Part shown: positions 36,909-46,750 of the stretch, one piece after another
How the letters are laid out: each line of letters opens with the position of its first letter
Numbering within the stretch: position 1 is the first letter of the stretch
Source: a bacterium
GTDB taxonomy: Bacteria; Zhuqueibacterota; Zhuqueibacteria; Residuimicrobiales; Krinioviventaceae
DNA length: 64,000 bases
Assembly: GCA_963675755.2 (NCBI GenBank)
Contig: CAXXMD010000003.1
Coordinates: 3,552,001-3,616,000, forward strand
Direction: 5' to 3'
Program-made: the position numbers and the translations under genes
The notes under the pieces: model-generated
Databases searched by the model: none
The model's input: the letters and a program-made list of their open reading frames with translations, nothing else
What the model was told of the DNA's origin: nothing

Positions 36909-39308
36909 ATGCCAAGAGAAAATTTTCGTAAAAGATTACTAGATGAAATATTGATATTAGATGGTTCCATGGGGACCATGCTTCAGCCGCATCTGCCCGC
37001 GGGTGCGTGTCCGGATTATGCGTGCCTTACCCATCCCGAAATTGTTCGTAATGTGCACAAGGCATATGTTGAGGCAGGAGCAGATATTGTAATAACCAAT
37101 ACATTTGGCGCTACACGAATTAAATTGAATGAATATGGATTAGGCGACAAGGTCCATGATATAAACGTACGTGCCTGCGAACTGGTACAGGAAGCATCTG
37201 CAGCGCATACCATTGTTGGCGGCTCTATTGGTCCCACCGGAAAGCTGGTTGAACCCCTGGGCGATGTGAGTTTTGATGAGGTTTATAAGATATATAAGGA
37301 ACAAGTGGTATCTCTGCTTGAAGGCGGTGTGGATGTATTTGTAATGGAGACCTTTGGTGATCTCAAAGAAGCCAAAGCCGCATTACTTGCCGTAAGAGAG
37401 AACACTCATCTGCCGGTAATGATTGCCATGACTTTTGCGGAAGACCATAAAACCTTTACCGGTACGGATCCGTTAACAGCGGCAACCGTACTTGCCGCAT
37501 TGGGTGCGGATGCCATTGGGGTGAATTGTTCTCTGGGACCCCAACAAATGCTGCCGTTGGTAAATCAGCTTGTAGAGGCAACCCATCTGCCCGTATTTGT
37601 GGAACCCAATGCAGGTATACCCAAACTTGTGAATGGAAATCAAACCACGCATACGGTTACCGCGGATGAAATGGCCGAGTATGCGGAGAAATACATTCAA
37701 GCCGGCGCCAATATTGTGGGCACATGCTGCGGAAGTACCCCTGAACATACACGCAAAGTCCATGACAGTATAAAACATTTCAAACCGGTGCAGCGATCTG
37801 TACAATCCCGGTTGAGTTTGTCAAGCCGGTTCAATACCGTTCATTTGGGTCCTGAACAACCCTTTGGCATTATTGGTGAACGGATCAATACTACCAATCG
37901 TAAAAAACTGGCGCAGGATATCAAAGACCGTCAGTATATTCTGTTGCAAAAAGATGTTGAAGCCCAGGTCAGGGCCGGTGCGACCATTATGGATTTAAAT
38001 GTAAGCATGCCCGGTATTGACGAGTCCCAGACCATGAGCGAGATCGTTCGCAAGCTGGATAATACCCTGGCAACGCCTTTGTGTATCGATTCCAAAGACA
38101 GTGCCGCAATAGAAACGGCCTTGCGTGAAACTGCCGGTAAAGCGCTGATCAATTCCGTAACGGGTGAAGAGGAAAATATGCAGGAGATTTTTCCTCTGGC
38201 TGCCAGATATGGTGCAGGGCTGATTTGTCTTGCCATAGATGAAGCGGGAATTCCGGATAATGCCAAAGATCGTATCCGGATTATTGAAAAACTGCTGCAA
38301 CGCGCGGATGATTTTGGTGTGGACCGACGTAATTTGATTATCGACTGTCTTGCCATGACGGTATCTACCCAGCAGGCCGGGGCTTTGGAGTCTTTGGATG
38401 CTATTCGGGCAATGAATCGAGATTTTCATTTACCGACGGTTTTGGGTCTTTCCAATATCAGTTTTGGATTGCCGGGGCGCAGTTTGCTCAACGCTACGTA
38501 TGTGAGCATGGCAATGGCAGCGGGACTCGATGCAGCGATCATGAATCCCGGTGATGAACGTATGATGGATGCGGTCAAGGCCGCGTCGGTTTTTAGCATG
38601 AGAGATAAAGACGCCAAACTCTATACCCAGATTGATTTTACACAAGAGACCTTGTCCGTCAAGGGTGCTACAGAAGAACAAAATAAAGAGTTGGGCGAGA
38701 TCTATAACGCGGTACTGAGCGGCAACAAGGCCAGTATTGAGCATTTGGTCAAACACGCACTGGAAAAGGGATTGACAGCGGAGCAGATCAATGATGACGC
38801 GCTCATCGCGGGGATCAATGAAGTGGGACTCCGTTACGAGCGTAAAGAATATTTCTTACCGCAGATGATGCTGTCCGCCGAGACATTTCAAGCGGCATTT
38901 AAACATTTACAGCCCCATTTTAAAACGCAGGATATCAAATCCAAAGGCACCATTGTACTGTGCACGGTAAAGGGCGACCTGCACAGCATTGGCAAGAATA
39001 TTGTCCGTTTGCTGTTAACCAATGCGGGGTATACCGTGGAAGATATGGGCATAGACGTCTCTGCCGAAGCCTTGTATGAACGGGCCATGGAGATAAACGC
39101 GGATGTTGTGGGACTTTCGGCACTCATGACCACCACCATGCTGGAGATGGGCAAGGTTGTCAAGCTTTTCCGTGAAAAAGGCGCAAAGACCAAGATCATC
39201 ATCGGCGGGGCGGCCGTAACACAGGACTTTTGTGATGATATTGGTGCGGACGGATTCTCCTTCGATGGCGTTGGCGCAGTCAAGTTGGTGGATCGGTTGA
39301 TGGAGTAG
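36909..39308 (+). CDS. metH: cobalamin-dependent methionine synthase (homocysteine, folate and B12 domains; no C-terminal activation domain)
   Basis: LDGSMGT, GVNCSLGP, GTCCGSTPEH, IIGERIN, GLSNISFGLP and GDLHSIGKN motifs. Confidence 0.85.
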   Translation: MPRENFRKRLLDEILILDGSMGTMLQPHLPAGACPDYACLTHPEIVRNVHKAYVEAGADIVITNTFGATRIKLNEYGLGDKVHDINVRACELVQEASAAHTIVGGSIGPTGKLVEPLGDVSFDEVYKIYKEQVVSLLEGGVDVFVMETFGDLKEAKAALLAVRENTHLPVMIAMTFAEDHKTFTGTDPLTAATVLAALGADAIGVNCSLGPQQMLPLVNQLVEATHLPVFVEPNAGIPKLVNGNQTTHTVTADEMAEYAEKYIQAGANIVGTCCGSTPEHTRKVHDSIKHFKPVQRSVQSRLSLSSRFNTVHLGPEQPFGIIGERINTTNRKKLAQDIKDRQYILLQKDVEAQVRAGATIMDLNVSMPGIDESQTMSEIVRKLDNTLATPLCIDSKDSAAIETALRETAGKALINSVTGEEENMQEIFPLAARYGAGLICLAIDEAGIPDNAKDRIRIIEKLLQRADDFGVDRRNLIIDCLAMTVSTQQAGALESLDAIRAMNRDFHLPTVLGLSNISFGLPGRSLLNATYVSMAMAAGLDAAIMNPGDERMMDAVKAASVFSMRDKDAKLYTQIDFTQETLSVKGATEEQNKELGEIYNAVLSGNKASIEHLVKHALEKGLTAEQINDDALIAGINEVGLRYERKEYFLPQMMLSAETFQAAFKHLQPHFKTQDIKSKGTIVLCTVKGDLHSIGKNIVRLLLTNAGYTVEDMGIDVSAEALYERAMEINADVVGLSALMTTTMLEMGKVVKLFREKGAKTKIIIGGAAVTQDFCDDIGADGFSFDGVGAVKLVDRLME

Positions 39309-39368
39309 ATTTAATATAATAGTATGAGAATTTATTTCTGGAATTAATTATATTTTTTTGAGGGGATA

Positions 39369-41192
39369 ATGAAAAAAATACTGATAATCCTTACTGTTTT
39401 CTTGTTATGTAGTCATGTAAAAAGTCAAATCAATCCATGTGAACCGGAATTTCAGGTAAACACAGCTGAAACTAAAAATTTTGCCTCATCTTGCATTACT
39501 GGCTTGAAAGATGGCGGATATGTTATTTGTTGGTCAAGTTACAGCTATAAAGTGGGCGGCTTGGGTATCTGGGGACAACTGTTTGATTCTAATGGTAATA
39601 AAAAGGGGGAAGAATTTCTAATAAATACAAATTCAAAAGTTGACAAGGGATTTATTTCTGCATCTTCATTGGTTAATGGCGGATTTGTTGTGTGTTGGAC
39701 AGGTCAAGAAATAAATGGAGTTCACTTGGATGTTTATGCTAAATGTTATAATTGTAATGGGGATAAAGTGAGTGAAGAATTTTGTGTGAATTCCTATACT
39801 GTTGATAACCAGCAAACACCTTGCGTAACAAGCTTACCATATAGTGGCTTTATTGTCTGTTGGACAAGTTCAAAAAGCAATACAGGTGTTAGGATTTGCG
39901 CTCAAAGATTTGATGATTTTGGTGGTAAAATTGGATCCGAGTTTGAGGTTACAAATTATAATGTAGGTTTAGAAGAGCAAATTTGCGTTACAACACTTAT
40001 GAATGGAAATATAGTAATTTGTTGGGAAAAGGATGGACAAGATTTTTCATCTGGAGTAATATATGGAAAAATAATTAATCCTTATGGAAAAGAAATAAAA
40101 GAAGAATTTGAAATTATTACATTAAAGAATCCAGATTTAGTGTGGCCACAAATAGCATCTCTTAAGGATGGCGGTTTTGTAGTTTGTTGGAATAGTGAAG
40201 ATTATCTTGAGGGGATTTTTGCTCAACGATATGATAGAATCGGAAATAAAGTGAATAGAGAATTTCAAGTAAATGAAATTCCTTGTTTTCATCCATTATA
40301 TCCTTGTATTACAGGACTTGATGATGGTGGATTTGTTATAAGCTGGACAGTTTTTTATTGTAATCAATTTGGCACTGGAATATTTGCTAAACAATATAAT
40401 CAAGAAGGTAATGTTGTTGGTAATAGATTTCGAGTAAATGTATATGATGGACATTTACAACTTTTTCCAAATGTGACTGAGCTTAATAATTCAAGTTATG
40501 TCATATGTTGGTATAAATATGATTCAGATACTAATAACAAGATTGTAGCAAGATATGTTGATAACAAACAACTGGTAAATCAGTTAAACGAATTTGAGTT
40601 GATTTCACCCCCCAATAATATTATCATTAAAAATGACCGTGTAAATTTTGAATGGCAGGCAACAAGTATATTTAATGCTTGTAATGCTGATTTTTATAAA
40701 TATGATTTGTTTTTATCAAGCTCGAAGGACTTTGAAGATCCAAAGATTTTTGATAATATCAATAAATGTAATTGTAAATTGATTTTAAAAAGTATGAATA
40801 AGGGTAATACCTATTATTGGAAAGTATTGGCCAGGAATCAAGTCGGTGACAGTTTATGGAGTTCTGGTATCAATTCATTCCATTACGGATATCCTTTAAG
40901 AAAGGCTGACTCGAATACAACTGATATAATAGATTATAATATTGAACAGAACCATCCCAATCCTTTTAATCCTGAAACAACGATTCGGTACGAGCTGCCG
41001 GAACAGGAATGGGTAGAAATTACGGTCTTTGATATCACCGGTAGAAGAATCAGCACACTTGTAAAAGAACAGCAGGCAGCGGGTGCGCATTCGGTACGGT
41101 TTGACGGCAGAGACTTGGCAAGTGGAGTGTATATCTATACGATTCATGCTGGGGATTACCGTGAGAGTAAAAAGATGGTTCTGGTGAGATAA
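39369..41192 (+). CDS. secreted repeat protein, dispersed paralog 4, with C-terminal sorting domain
   Basis: Seven EFQVN/GFVVCW repeats, TYYWKV, EQNHPNPFNPETT..YRESKKMVLVR. Confidence 0.85.
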   Translation: MKKILIILTVFLLCSHVKSQINPCEPEFQVNTAETKNFASSCITGLKDGGYVICWSSYSYKVGGLGIWGQLFDSNGNKKGEEFLINTNSKVDKGFISASSLVNGGFVVCWTGQEINGVHLDVYAKCYNCNGDKVSEEFCVNSYTVDNQQTPCVTSLPYSGFIVCWTSSKSNTGVRICAQRFDDFGGKIGSEFEVTNYNVGLEEQICVTTLMNGNIVICWEKDGQDFSSGVIYGKIINPYGKEIKEEFEIITLKNPDLVWPQIASLKDGGFVVCWNSEDYLEGIFAQRYDRIGNKVNREFQVNEIPCFHPLYPCITGLDDGGFVISWTVFYCNQFGTGIFAKQYNQEGNVVGNRFRVNVYDGHLQLFPNVTELNNSSYVICWYKYDSDTNNKIVARYVDNKQLVNQLNEFELISPPNNIIIKNDRVNFEWQATSIFNACNADFYKYDLFLSSSKDFEDPKIFDNINKCNCKLILKSMNKGNTYYWKVLARNQVGDSLWSSGINSFHYGYPLRKADSNTTDIIDYNIEQNHPNPFNPETTIRYELPEQEWVEITVFDITGRRISTLVKEQQAAGAHSVRFDGRDLASGVYIYTIHAGDYRESKKMVLVR

Positions 41193-41200
41193 GTTTTTAC

Positions 41201-41228
41201 TGGTACCACGACTCGAGTCGTGACACCA
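41201..41228. repeat. short palindrome after paralog 4
   Basis: TGGTACCACGAC-TCGA-GTCGTGACACCA; no U-tract. Confidence 0.5.
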
Positions 41229-41236
41229 ATGCAATG

Positions 41237-41390
41237 AATATTTCCTCCCGCCCAAGTTTCACTTGGGTGGGAAATTTGATGAGAAGCTTTGCTTCTTGGT
41301 GATATAGAATGGAAACGTTACACTGGTATCAATCGTTTTATTATATTTGATAAAAAGAGTTTATCATTGTCATTTGTGTCTAAAACCGGA
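41237..41390 (+). repeat. ~154-bp direct repeat, copy 1
   Basis: Aligns without gaps to 43649-43802 (offset 2412); the first ~59 bp are identical and contain two hairpins. Confidence 0.9.
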
Positions 41391-41593
41391 ATCTTGGATG
41401 CATTGAATTATTCTTTGGTAAGTTCTAAGAAAAATATAATTTTAAGGGGTTTTTACAAATTTGTTCTTGATCTTTATTTATGAATAAGATATTTTATTAA
41501 ATCAACTGGTAATTTTGTTTGTTGATTTGATAATTAAAAGGGGAAAACAATCCGTTAAACAAACAACTTTTTTCTATAAAAATAGCTTGTAAA

Positions 41594-43630
41594 ATGAAAG
41601 AGCTTTTAAAAAAACTGTATCACAGATTTATTAAATCCTTACAACCCAAAAACCAACAAATATTAATTCAGGAAGATTTGGTATTTTGTGAAAATGCAAG
41701 CAAAGTGGCTCCTGATAATTATCATGTTTGGTATAATTGGGGAAGAGCTTTGGGGGAACTTGCTAAAATTGTTAATGAGGAAGAGGCTGAATTGTTATAT
41801 ACTAAATCATTTGATAAATTAGCAAAGTGTATAGCGCTCGACCAGGAAAATTATATTGCTTGGCACTGTTGGGGATCCTTTTTGGGTGATTTGGCAGATT
41901 TAAAAGCAGGTGTTGAAGTAGAAAAACTATATGTTGAAGCAATGGAGAAATATAAACGAGCCATTGAAATCAAGCCGGATAATTATGATTCATGGTATAA
42001 CTGGGGACTTGAATTGGTTAAAGCAGCAAGAAAAAAATCAGGTGACGATGCTAAAAATATGTTTGAACAGGCATTTGAAAAATACAAAACAGCAGTTGAA
42101 ATAAATCCTGATAAAGAAAAATCATGGATTAATTGGGGGAATGCTTTAAAAGATTATGCGAAATTACATCTCGATAGCGAAGCTAAAAATCTTTACACTC
42201 AGGCAATTGCAAAGTATGAAAAAGCATTAGAAGTAAATGCTCATAGCAGTTATGCATTATATAATATGGGAAATACTTTTGATGATATAGCAGAATTGAG
42301 CTCGGGAGATGACGCTGAACATTTGTATGAGAGAGCTGTGGAGAATTATGAAAAAGCTCTTAAAATTGATCCGAATTATTTGAATGCTTTGTACAATTGT
42401 GCAAATTTAGTAGGTAGGCTGGCAGATAAGAAACAAGGAAAAGAAGCTGAACAATTATATATTCAATCCATTGATAAATTCGCCAAAGTTGTAAGCATTC
42501 AACCGGACGATTATATGGCTTTGAATTTGTGGGGTTTGAATTTGAGTGATCTGGCTTTTTTGAAAACAGGGGATAAAGCTGAAGCATTGTATATGTCTGC
42601 AATTGAGAAATACAAACAGGTTGTTGAATTGAAACCAGACAATCATGATACTTGGAATAATTGGGGTATAGCTTTGGAAAGTATTGCAGAATTAAAACAA
42701 AAAGATAAAGCAGAATATTTTTATTATGAAGCATTTGAAAAATATGAAAGAGCAGTGAAAATAAAACCAGATAAAACTGAATCATGGTACAATTGGGGCA
42801 ATTCATTATGTTATTTTGCTGCGATAAAGAAGGGAAAAGAAGGCGAATTATTATATTCTAAAGGATTTAATAAATTTAGAAAAGCAACCGAGATAAAACC
42901 AAATTATTCTGATGCATGGTTTAAATGGGGATATCATCTGGGAGAGTATGTTTACAATTTCCCGGATAATAATATGGAAGGAATTTATTCGGAGATATTT
43001 GAAAAATATAAAAATACTACAGACCTTGAGCCAGAAAATTCAAGAGCTTGGTTAAATTGGGGACTGGATCTTTTAAATCTGGCAGACCTAAAATCAACAA
43101 GTAATAAAGTAGAACTTTACCAGGAAGCATCTGAAAAGTTTAAAAAAGCAATTGAAATTGAACCGGATAAACTTGATGCATGGAGCGGATGGGGGTTGTC
43201 TTTGGTGAAAATGGCTGAACAAGGTCAGGTTTCTGACAAAAGAAAATTGTTAATAGAATCCTTAGAAAAATTCAATAAAGCCCTTTCTATAAATCCGGAT
43301 GACTGCAATGTGATAGACAATTTGGCTGTTGGCCTTGGGGATTTGGCTGAAATTTCAAATCAAAATGATGCAATCATGTATTACAAACAGGCAATTGAGA
43401 TTTTATTAAAAGGAGAAGAGATCGAAAAAGGAAGTGGTTCTTACAATCTTACCTGTTATTACAATGTACTTGGTGATTTTGACAATGCCCTGAAATACTT
43501 GGATTTATGCTTTGAAACTGATAATGTACCTGATATGGATTATTTAATAAACGATCCTGATTTAAAGGGACTTGTTGATACACCTGAATTTCAAAAGTTA
43601 ATAGAAAAATATATAACTAATAAAGAGTAA
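41594..43630 (+). CDS. TPR-like repeat protein (about 13 repeats of 44 aa)
   Basis: W.NWG..L..LA......AE.LY..A.EKY..A.EI.PD period; terminal YNLTCYY..DPDL motif; AT-rich. Confidence 0.85.
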   Translation: MKELLKKLYHRFIKSLQPKNQQILIQEDLVFCENASKVAPDNYHVWYNWGRALGELAKIVNEEEAELLYTKSFDKLAKCIALDQENYIAWHCWGSFLGDLADLKAGVEVEKLYVEAMEKYKRAIEIKPDNYDSWYNWGLELVKAARKKSGDDAKNMFEQAFEKYKTAVEINPDKEKSWINWGNALKDYAKLHLDSEAKNLYTQAIAKYEKALEVNAHSSYALYNMGNTFDDIAELSSGDDAEHLYERAVENYEKALKIDPNYLNALYNCANLVGRLADKKQGKEAEQLYIQSIDKFAKVVSIQPDDYMALNLWGLNLSDLAFLKTGDKAEALYMSAIEKYKQVVELKPDNHDTWNNWGIALESIAELKQKDKAEYFYYEAFEKYERAVKIKPDKTESWYNWGNSLCYFAAIKKGKEGELLYSKGFNKFRKATEIKPNYSDAWFKWGYHLGEYVYNFPDNNMEGIYSEIFEKYKNTTDLEPENSRAWLNWGLDLLNLADLKSTSNKVELYQEASEKFKKAIEIEPDKLDAWSGWGLSLVKMAEQGQVSDKRKLLIESLEKFNKALSINPDDCNVIDNLAVGLGDLAEISNQNDAIMYYKQAIEILLKGEEIEKGSGSYNLTCYYNVLGDFDNALKYLDLCFETDNVPDMDYLINDPDLKGLVDTPEFQKLIEKYITNKE

Positions 43631-43648
43631 ATATTTGTTGTGGAATAA

Positions 43649-43802
43649 AATATTTCCTCCCGCCCAAGTTTCACTTGGGTGGGAAATTTGATGAGAAGCT
43701 TTGCTTCCGGGTGATACAGAATGGAAACGTTACACTGGTATAAATCGTTGTAATATATTTGATAAACAGAGTTTATTATTGTTATTTGCGTCCAAATCAG
43801 GA
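43649..43802 (+). repeat. ~154-bp direct repeat, copy 2 (also the left end of a larger palindromic element)
   Basis: Matches 41237-41390. Confidence 0.9.
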
Positions 43803-43804
43803 CA

Positions 43805-44133
43805 GACTGTGTGAAAATAAATAAATGCTAAAAAAATGGAAATATAATTAATCCATAGAAAAATGACAAAGACATGGAGTGCTGTACCTTTATGTACAGC
43901 GGGCCGTCAAAGACGGCCTCTACTTAACTATATTTGAATAAAAATATTGAACTATATCATAATAATAAATCAATAATATTTGAAAAGCAGTCGAATTTAA
44001 ATCGGACCTTCGATCCGACGCATACCGCCGGTAGGCGGTCACGCGCATAAAGGCGATGCACTCCACACCATTTTGACTTATCCCAAACTCAACAAGATTT
44101 TTATTGTTTAATTTTATTCATATTCACACAGGC
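43805..44133. mobile_element. MITE-like non-autonomous element
   Basis: Terminal inverted repeats GACTGTGTGAAAATAAATAAA / GCCTGTGTGAATATGAATAAA (18 of 21 match); no ORF; contains an inner TGGAGTGC...GCACTCCA element. Confidence 0.55.
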
Positions 44134-44158
44134 AGTCCAATTGAGACAGAACTGTGGC

Positions 44159-44269
44159 GCGAAGCTCTGCTTCGCTAATATTTTTAAATGAATAGTTTGC
44201 ATTTTGTTTAATGTACTCCAAGCACAGCTTGGAGCAAACTTTCCTTACCAAATGAAATTTGGTAAGGAG
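44159..44269 (-). repeat. hairpin cluster forming the inverted counterpart of 43657-43707
   Basis: GCGAAGC-TCT-GCTTCGC, CTCCAAGC-ACA-GCTTGGAG, TCCTTACCAAA-TGAAA-TTTGGTAAGGA. Confidence 0.7.
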
Positions 44270-44326
44270 ATTGTATGGATTTTTCAATAGTCACCCGAGG
44301 GTACGGGAGGGAATGGTACTTGAATA

Positions 44327-45652
44327 TTACTCCGGTTTTACCCGGATTGCTTTTTCAGCCGGCATTTCCCGGTTGATCCTGTTTTTAAAATCACCCAGCC
44401 AGGGCCAGTAATAATGTGCATTCAGGTCCACTTGTTGAACAATAACAGGATTATCGTCATCTGCTTGCTGTAATATATCTCCCTTGTGATCAAATACTGC
44501 TGTGATCATATTGTATCCTGATGTTACCAGATAAACCTGGTTCTCGATTGCACGAGCTTTGGCCAGCGTGATATTACCGCCCCAAATGGGCATAAAAATA
44601 GCCTCAGCACCTTGTAAGCTCAATGATCTTACCGCTTCCGGGAAACTGACATCCCAGCAGATCAGCAGACCTATTCGTCCAAAATCGGTATCAAATACCA
44701 GATAGCTGTCTCCGGGAGTAACACCACCTTCAATCTCTTCTCTAGGCAAGCTGACCTTGCGGTATTTACCGACAAGGTTACCTGACCTGTCCAGAAGGAT
44801 TGCTGTATTGTAAACCACTTCTTTATCCCGTTCCAACAGTCCCGCAACAATATAGAGATTGTTCTTTTTCGCGACTTTAGCGAGGTATTCTGTAGTTGGT
44901 CCCGGGATCGGTTCTGCCGCAGTAACATAGTCAATACCGAGTCCTGCCATATTCACTGCTTCGGGCAGACAGACTATATCCGCTTTTTGGTCCGCTGCTT
45001 TTGCTATGAGATTGGCAAAATCCTGCAGATTTTTTTCCAGAGAGACACTGCCCCTTGGCAATCGTCGAACACTGGCAAGATTTACATAGCGGGGGGAAGG
45101 TTGGTCGACCGGGACTAGTGACGTGTCTCCAAAATATACTGTTCCATCTGCATCCCAACGGTAAACGAGTTCTATACGGGCTCGCACGGCGTCTTTTGGT
45201 GTTTTGTAGATTTGTTGTAAGGTTTTCCAGTTGTCAGAATGGTTTAATACAATCGCAGGATATTCAGCAGTACCGATTTGTTCATCTTTATTGTTCTTCC
45301 AGAGTATTCTCGCAACAACGGAGCGATGCGGTTCCTCAACATTGATTGCAAGATACTTTGTTGTGAACTGAAAAAACATATTTGGAGTGACTGGAATAGT
45401 ACTGGTCCATTGTCCATTCGCATATGCTTTGCCATTGCCCCCAATATAGAGTGTTGGATGTGTTTTGTAACAGGTTGTTGAATCAATTCCGGCAACAGGC
45501 GCGATTTCATCCCTTTGATATTCAAAAGTCCAGTTATTAACAGCAATGATATTGTCGGAAACGGATGCATCCAGTATTACAGGTATAATGAAAAGCATGA
45601 GTGAAATAGATTTTATGCTATTGTAAATTCTAAATAAAGAACACATTCGCAT
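44327..45652 (-). CDS. carbon-nitrogen hydrolase (nitrilase superfamily) with N-terminal beta-sandwich domain
   Basis: Catalytic E-K-C (CLPEA, YRKV, ICWD), ARAIENQ; hydrophobic N-terminus. Confidence 0.85.
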   Translation of the reverse strand: MRMCSLFRIYNSIKSISLMLFIIPVILDASVSDNIIAVNNWTFEYQRDEIAPVAGIDSTTCYKTHPTLYIGGNGKAYANGQWTSTIPVTPNMFFQFTTKYLAINVEEPHRSVVARILWKNNKDEQIGTAEYPAIVLNHSDNWKTLQQIYKTPKDAVRARIELVYRWDADGTVYFGDTSLVPVDQPSPRYVNLASVRRLPRGSVSLEKNLQDFANLIAKAADQKADIVCLPEAVNMAGLGIDYVTAAEPIPGPTTEYLAKVAKKNNLYIVAGLLERDKEVVYNTAILLDRSGNLVGKYRKVSLPREEIEGGVTPGDSYLVFDTDFGRIGLLICWDVSFPEAVRSLSLQGAEAIFMPIWGGNITLAKARAIENQVYLVTSGYNMITAVFDHKGDILQQADDDNPVIVQQVDLNAHYYWPWLGDFKNRINREMPAEKAIRVKPE

Positions 45653-45672
45653 TTTAGCTCCCGGTTATTAAT

Positions 45673-45712
45673 AAAAAAAAGCCCAGCCACTTGAATAGAG
45701 GTTTGGATGGGC
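45673..45712 (-). terminator. intrinsic terminator
   Basis: Minus strand AGCCCATCCA...TGGCTGGGCT followed by a T run. Confidence 0.6.
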
Positions 45713-45723
45713 TCTTTATTATT

Positions 45724-46698
45724 TTATCCCTGGTACCAAAAAGCACGATACCAATAATGTTTACGTAATTTGTCCATCAATGCTTCCGGCATATCCGCCA
45801 GATCAGACATGGCGGTATTCATTTCAGCCTGGTGCACGTTGCGCACACCAGTGATGACTGTACTGACAGCCGGATGCTGGAGCGCGAATTTTACAGCGGC
45901 TTCTGGCAAGGAATAACCACTGCCTTCCAGATCGGCTTTGATCTTATCCAATCTGTTTAGCGTATCATCAAGACGGTCGCCTTTGAAATATTTGTTGCGA
46001 AAATCACCATCCGGGAATTTGTGTCCACGATTATATTTACCGGTCAAAATGCCTTCGTCAAAGACAACCCGGACTATAATTCCCACATTGTGTTTCTGTG
46101 CAAGGGGTAACAGTTCTGCTGCGGGTTCCTGTTCAAACAGGTTATAGATGACCTGTACCGTATCCAGATAGCCCTGCCGCATAAGATCGTTGACCGCGTT
46201 TTGGTCCGGTTCCGGTGTTGAAATTCCTATATGTTTGATCTTGCCTTCTTGCTGGAGTTTTTTCAGAATATCGAATGGTCGTGGATCGTGGTTCCATGCG
46301 CGGGTCCAGGTATGGAGCTGAAGGATATCCAGACACTCGGTATCCAGATTACGCAGTCGCTGTTCTACATTCTGTCGCACATATTTTTCAGAATATCGTT
46401 CATCCATATTGCAATAGGGAGAAGGAGGCCATGGTCCGGCATCGGGGGGTGTTTTGGTGGCGACAATCAACTCTTCTTTTCTTTCTTTCAGGATTTTAGC
46501 AATGAGTTTTTCGCTCCTGCCATCTCCATACCCTGCTGCGGTGTCGATAAAATTCACACCATTATCAATTGCTTTGTGCAGGGCTTTGAGCGATTCATTA
46601 TCATCCTGAGTGCCCCACATGGATTCTCCAATGGCCCATGCGCCAAATCCGATTTCAGAGATTTCAAGGTTTGTACGTCCGAGTGTACGATATTTCAT
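45724..46698 (-). CDS. aldo/keto reductase
   Basis: IGFGAW, NFIDTAAGYG, ATK, LQLH, IGIS. Confidence 0.92.
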   Translation of the reverse strand: MKYRTLGRTNLEISEIGFGAWAIGESMWGTQDDNESLKALHKAIDNGVNFIDTAAGYGDGRSEKLIAKILKERKEELIVATKTPPDAGPWPPSPYCNMDERYSEKYVRQNVEQRLRNLDTECLDILQLHTWTRAWNHDPRPFDILKKLQQEGKIKHIGISTPEPDQNAVNDLMRQGYLDTVQVIYNLFEQEPAAELLPLAQKHNVGIIVRVVFDEGILTGKYNRGHKFPDGDFRNKYFKGDRLDDTLNRLDKIKADLEGSGYSLPEAAVKFALQHPAVSTVITGVRNVHQAEMNTAMSDLADMPEALMDKLRKHYWYRAFWYQG

Positions 46699-46750
46699 AG
46701 TTGCTCCTTTTTATCAGTACTAACAGGATTGGGGAGGAAATAAATTCCAA

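Noticed and set aside
41289-41483. 64-aa ORF upstream of the TPR gene
   Set aside because: It starts inside the direct repeat, is not preserved in the second copy and has no ribosome-binding site
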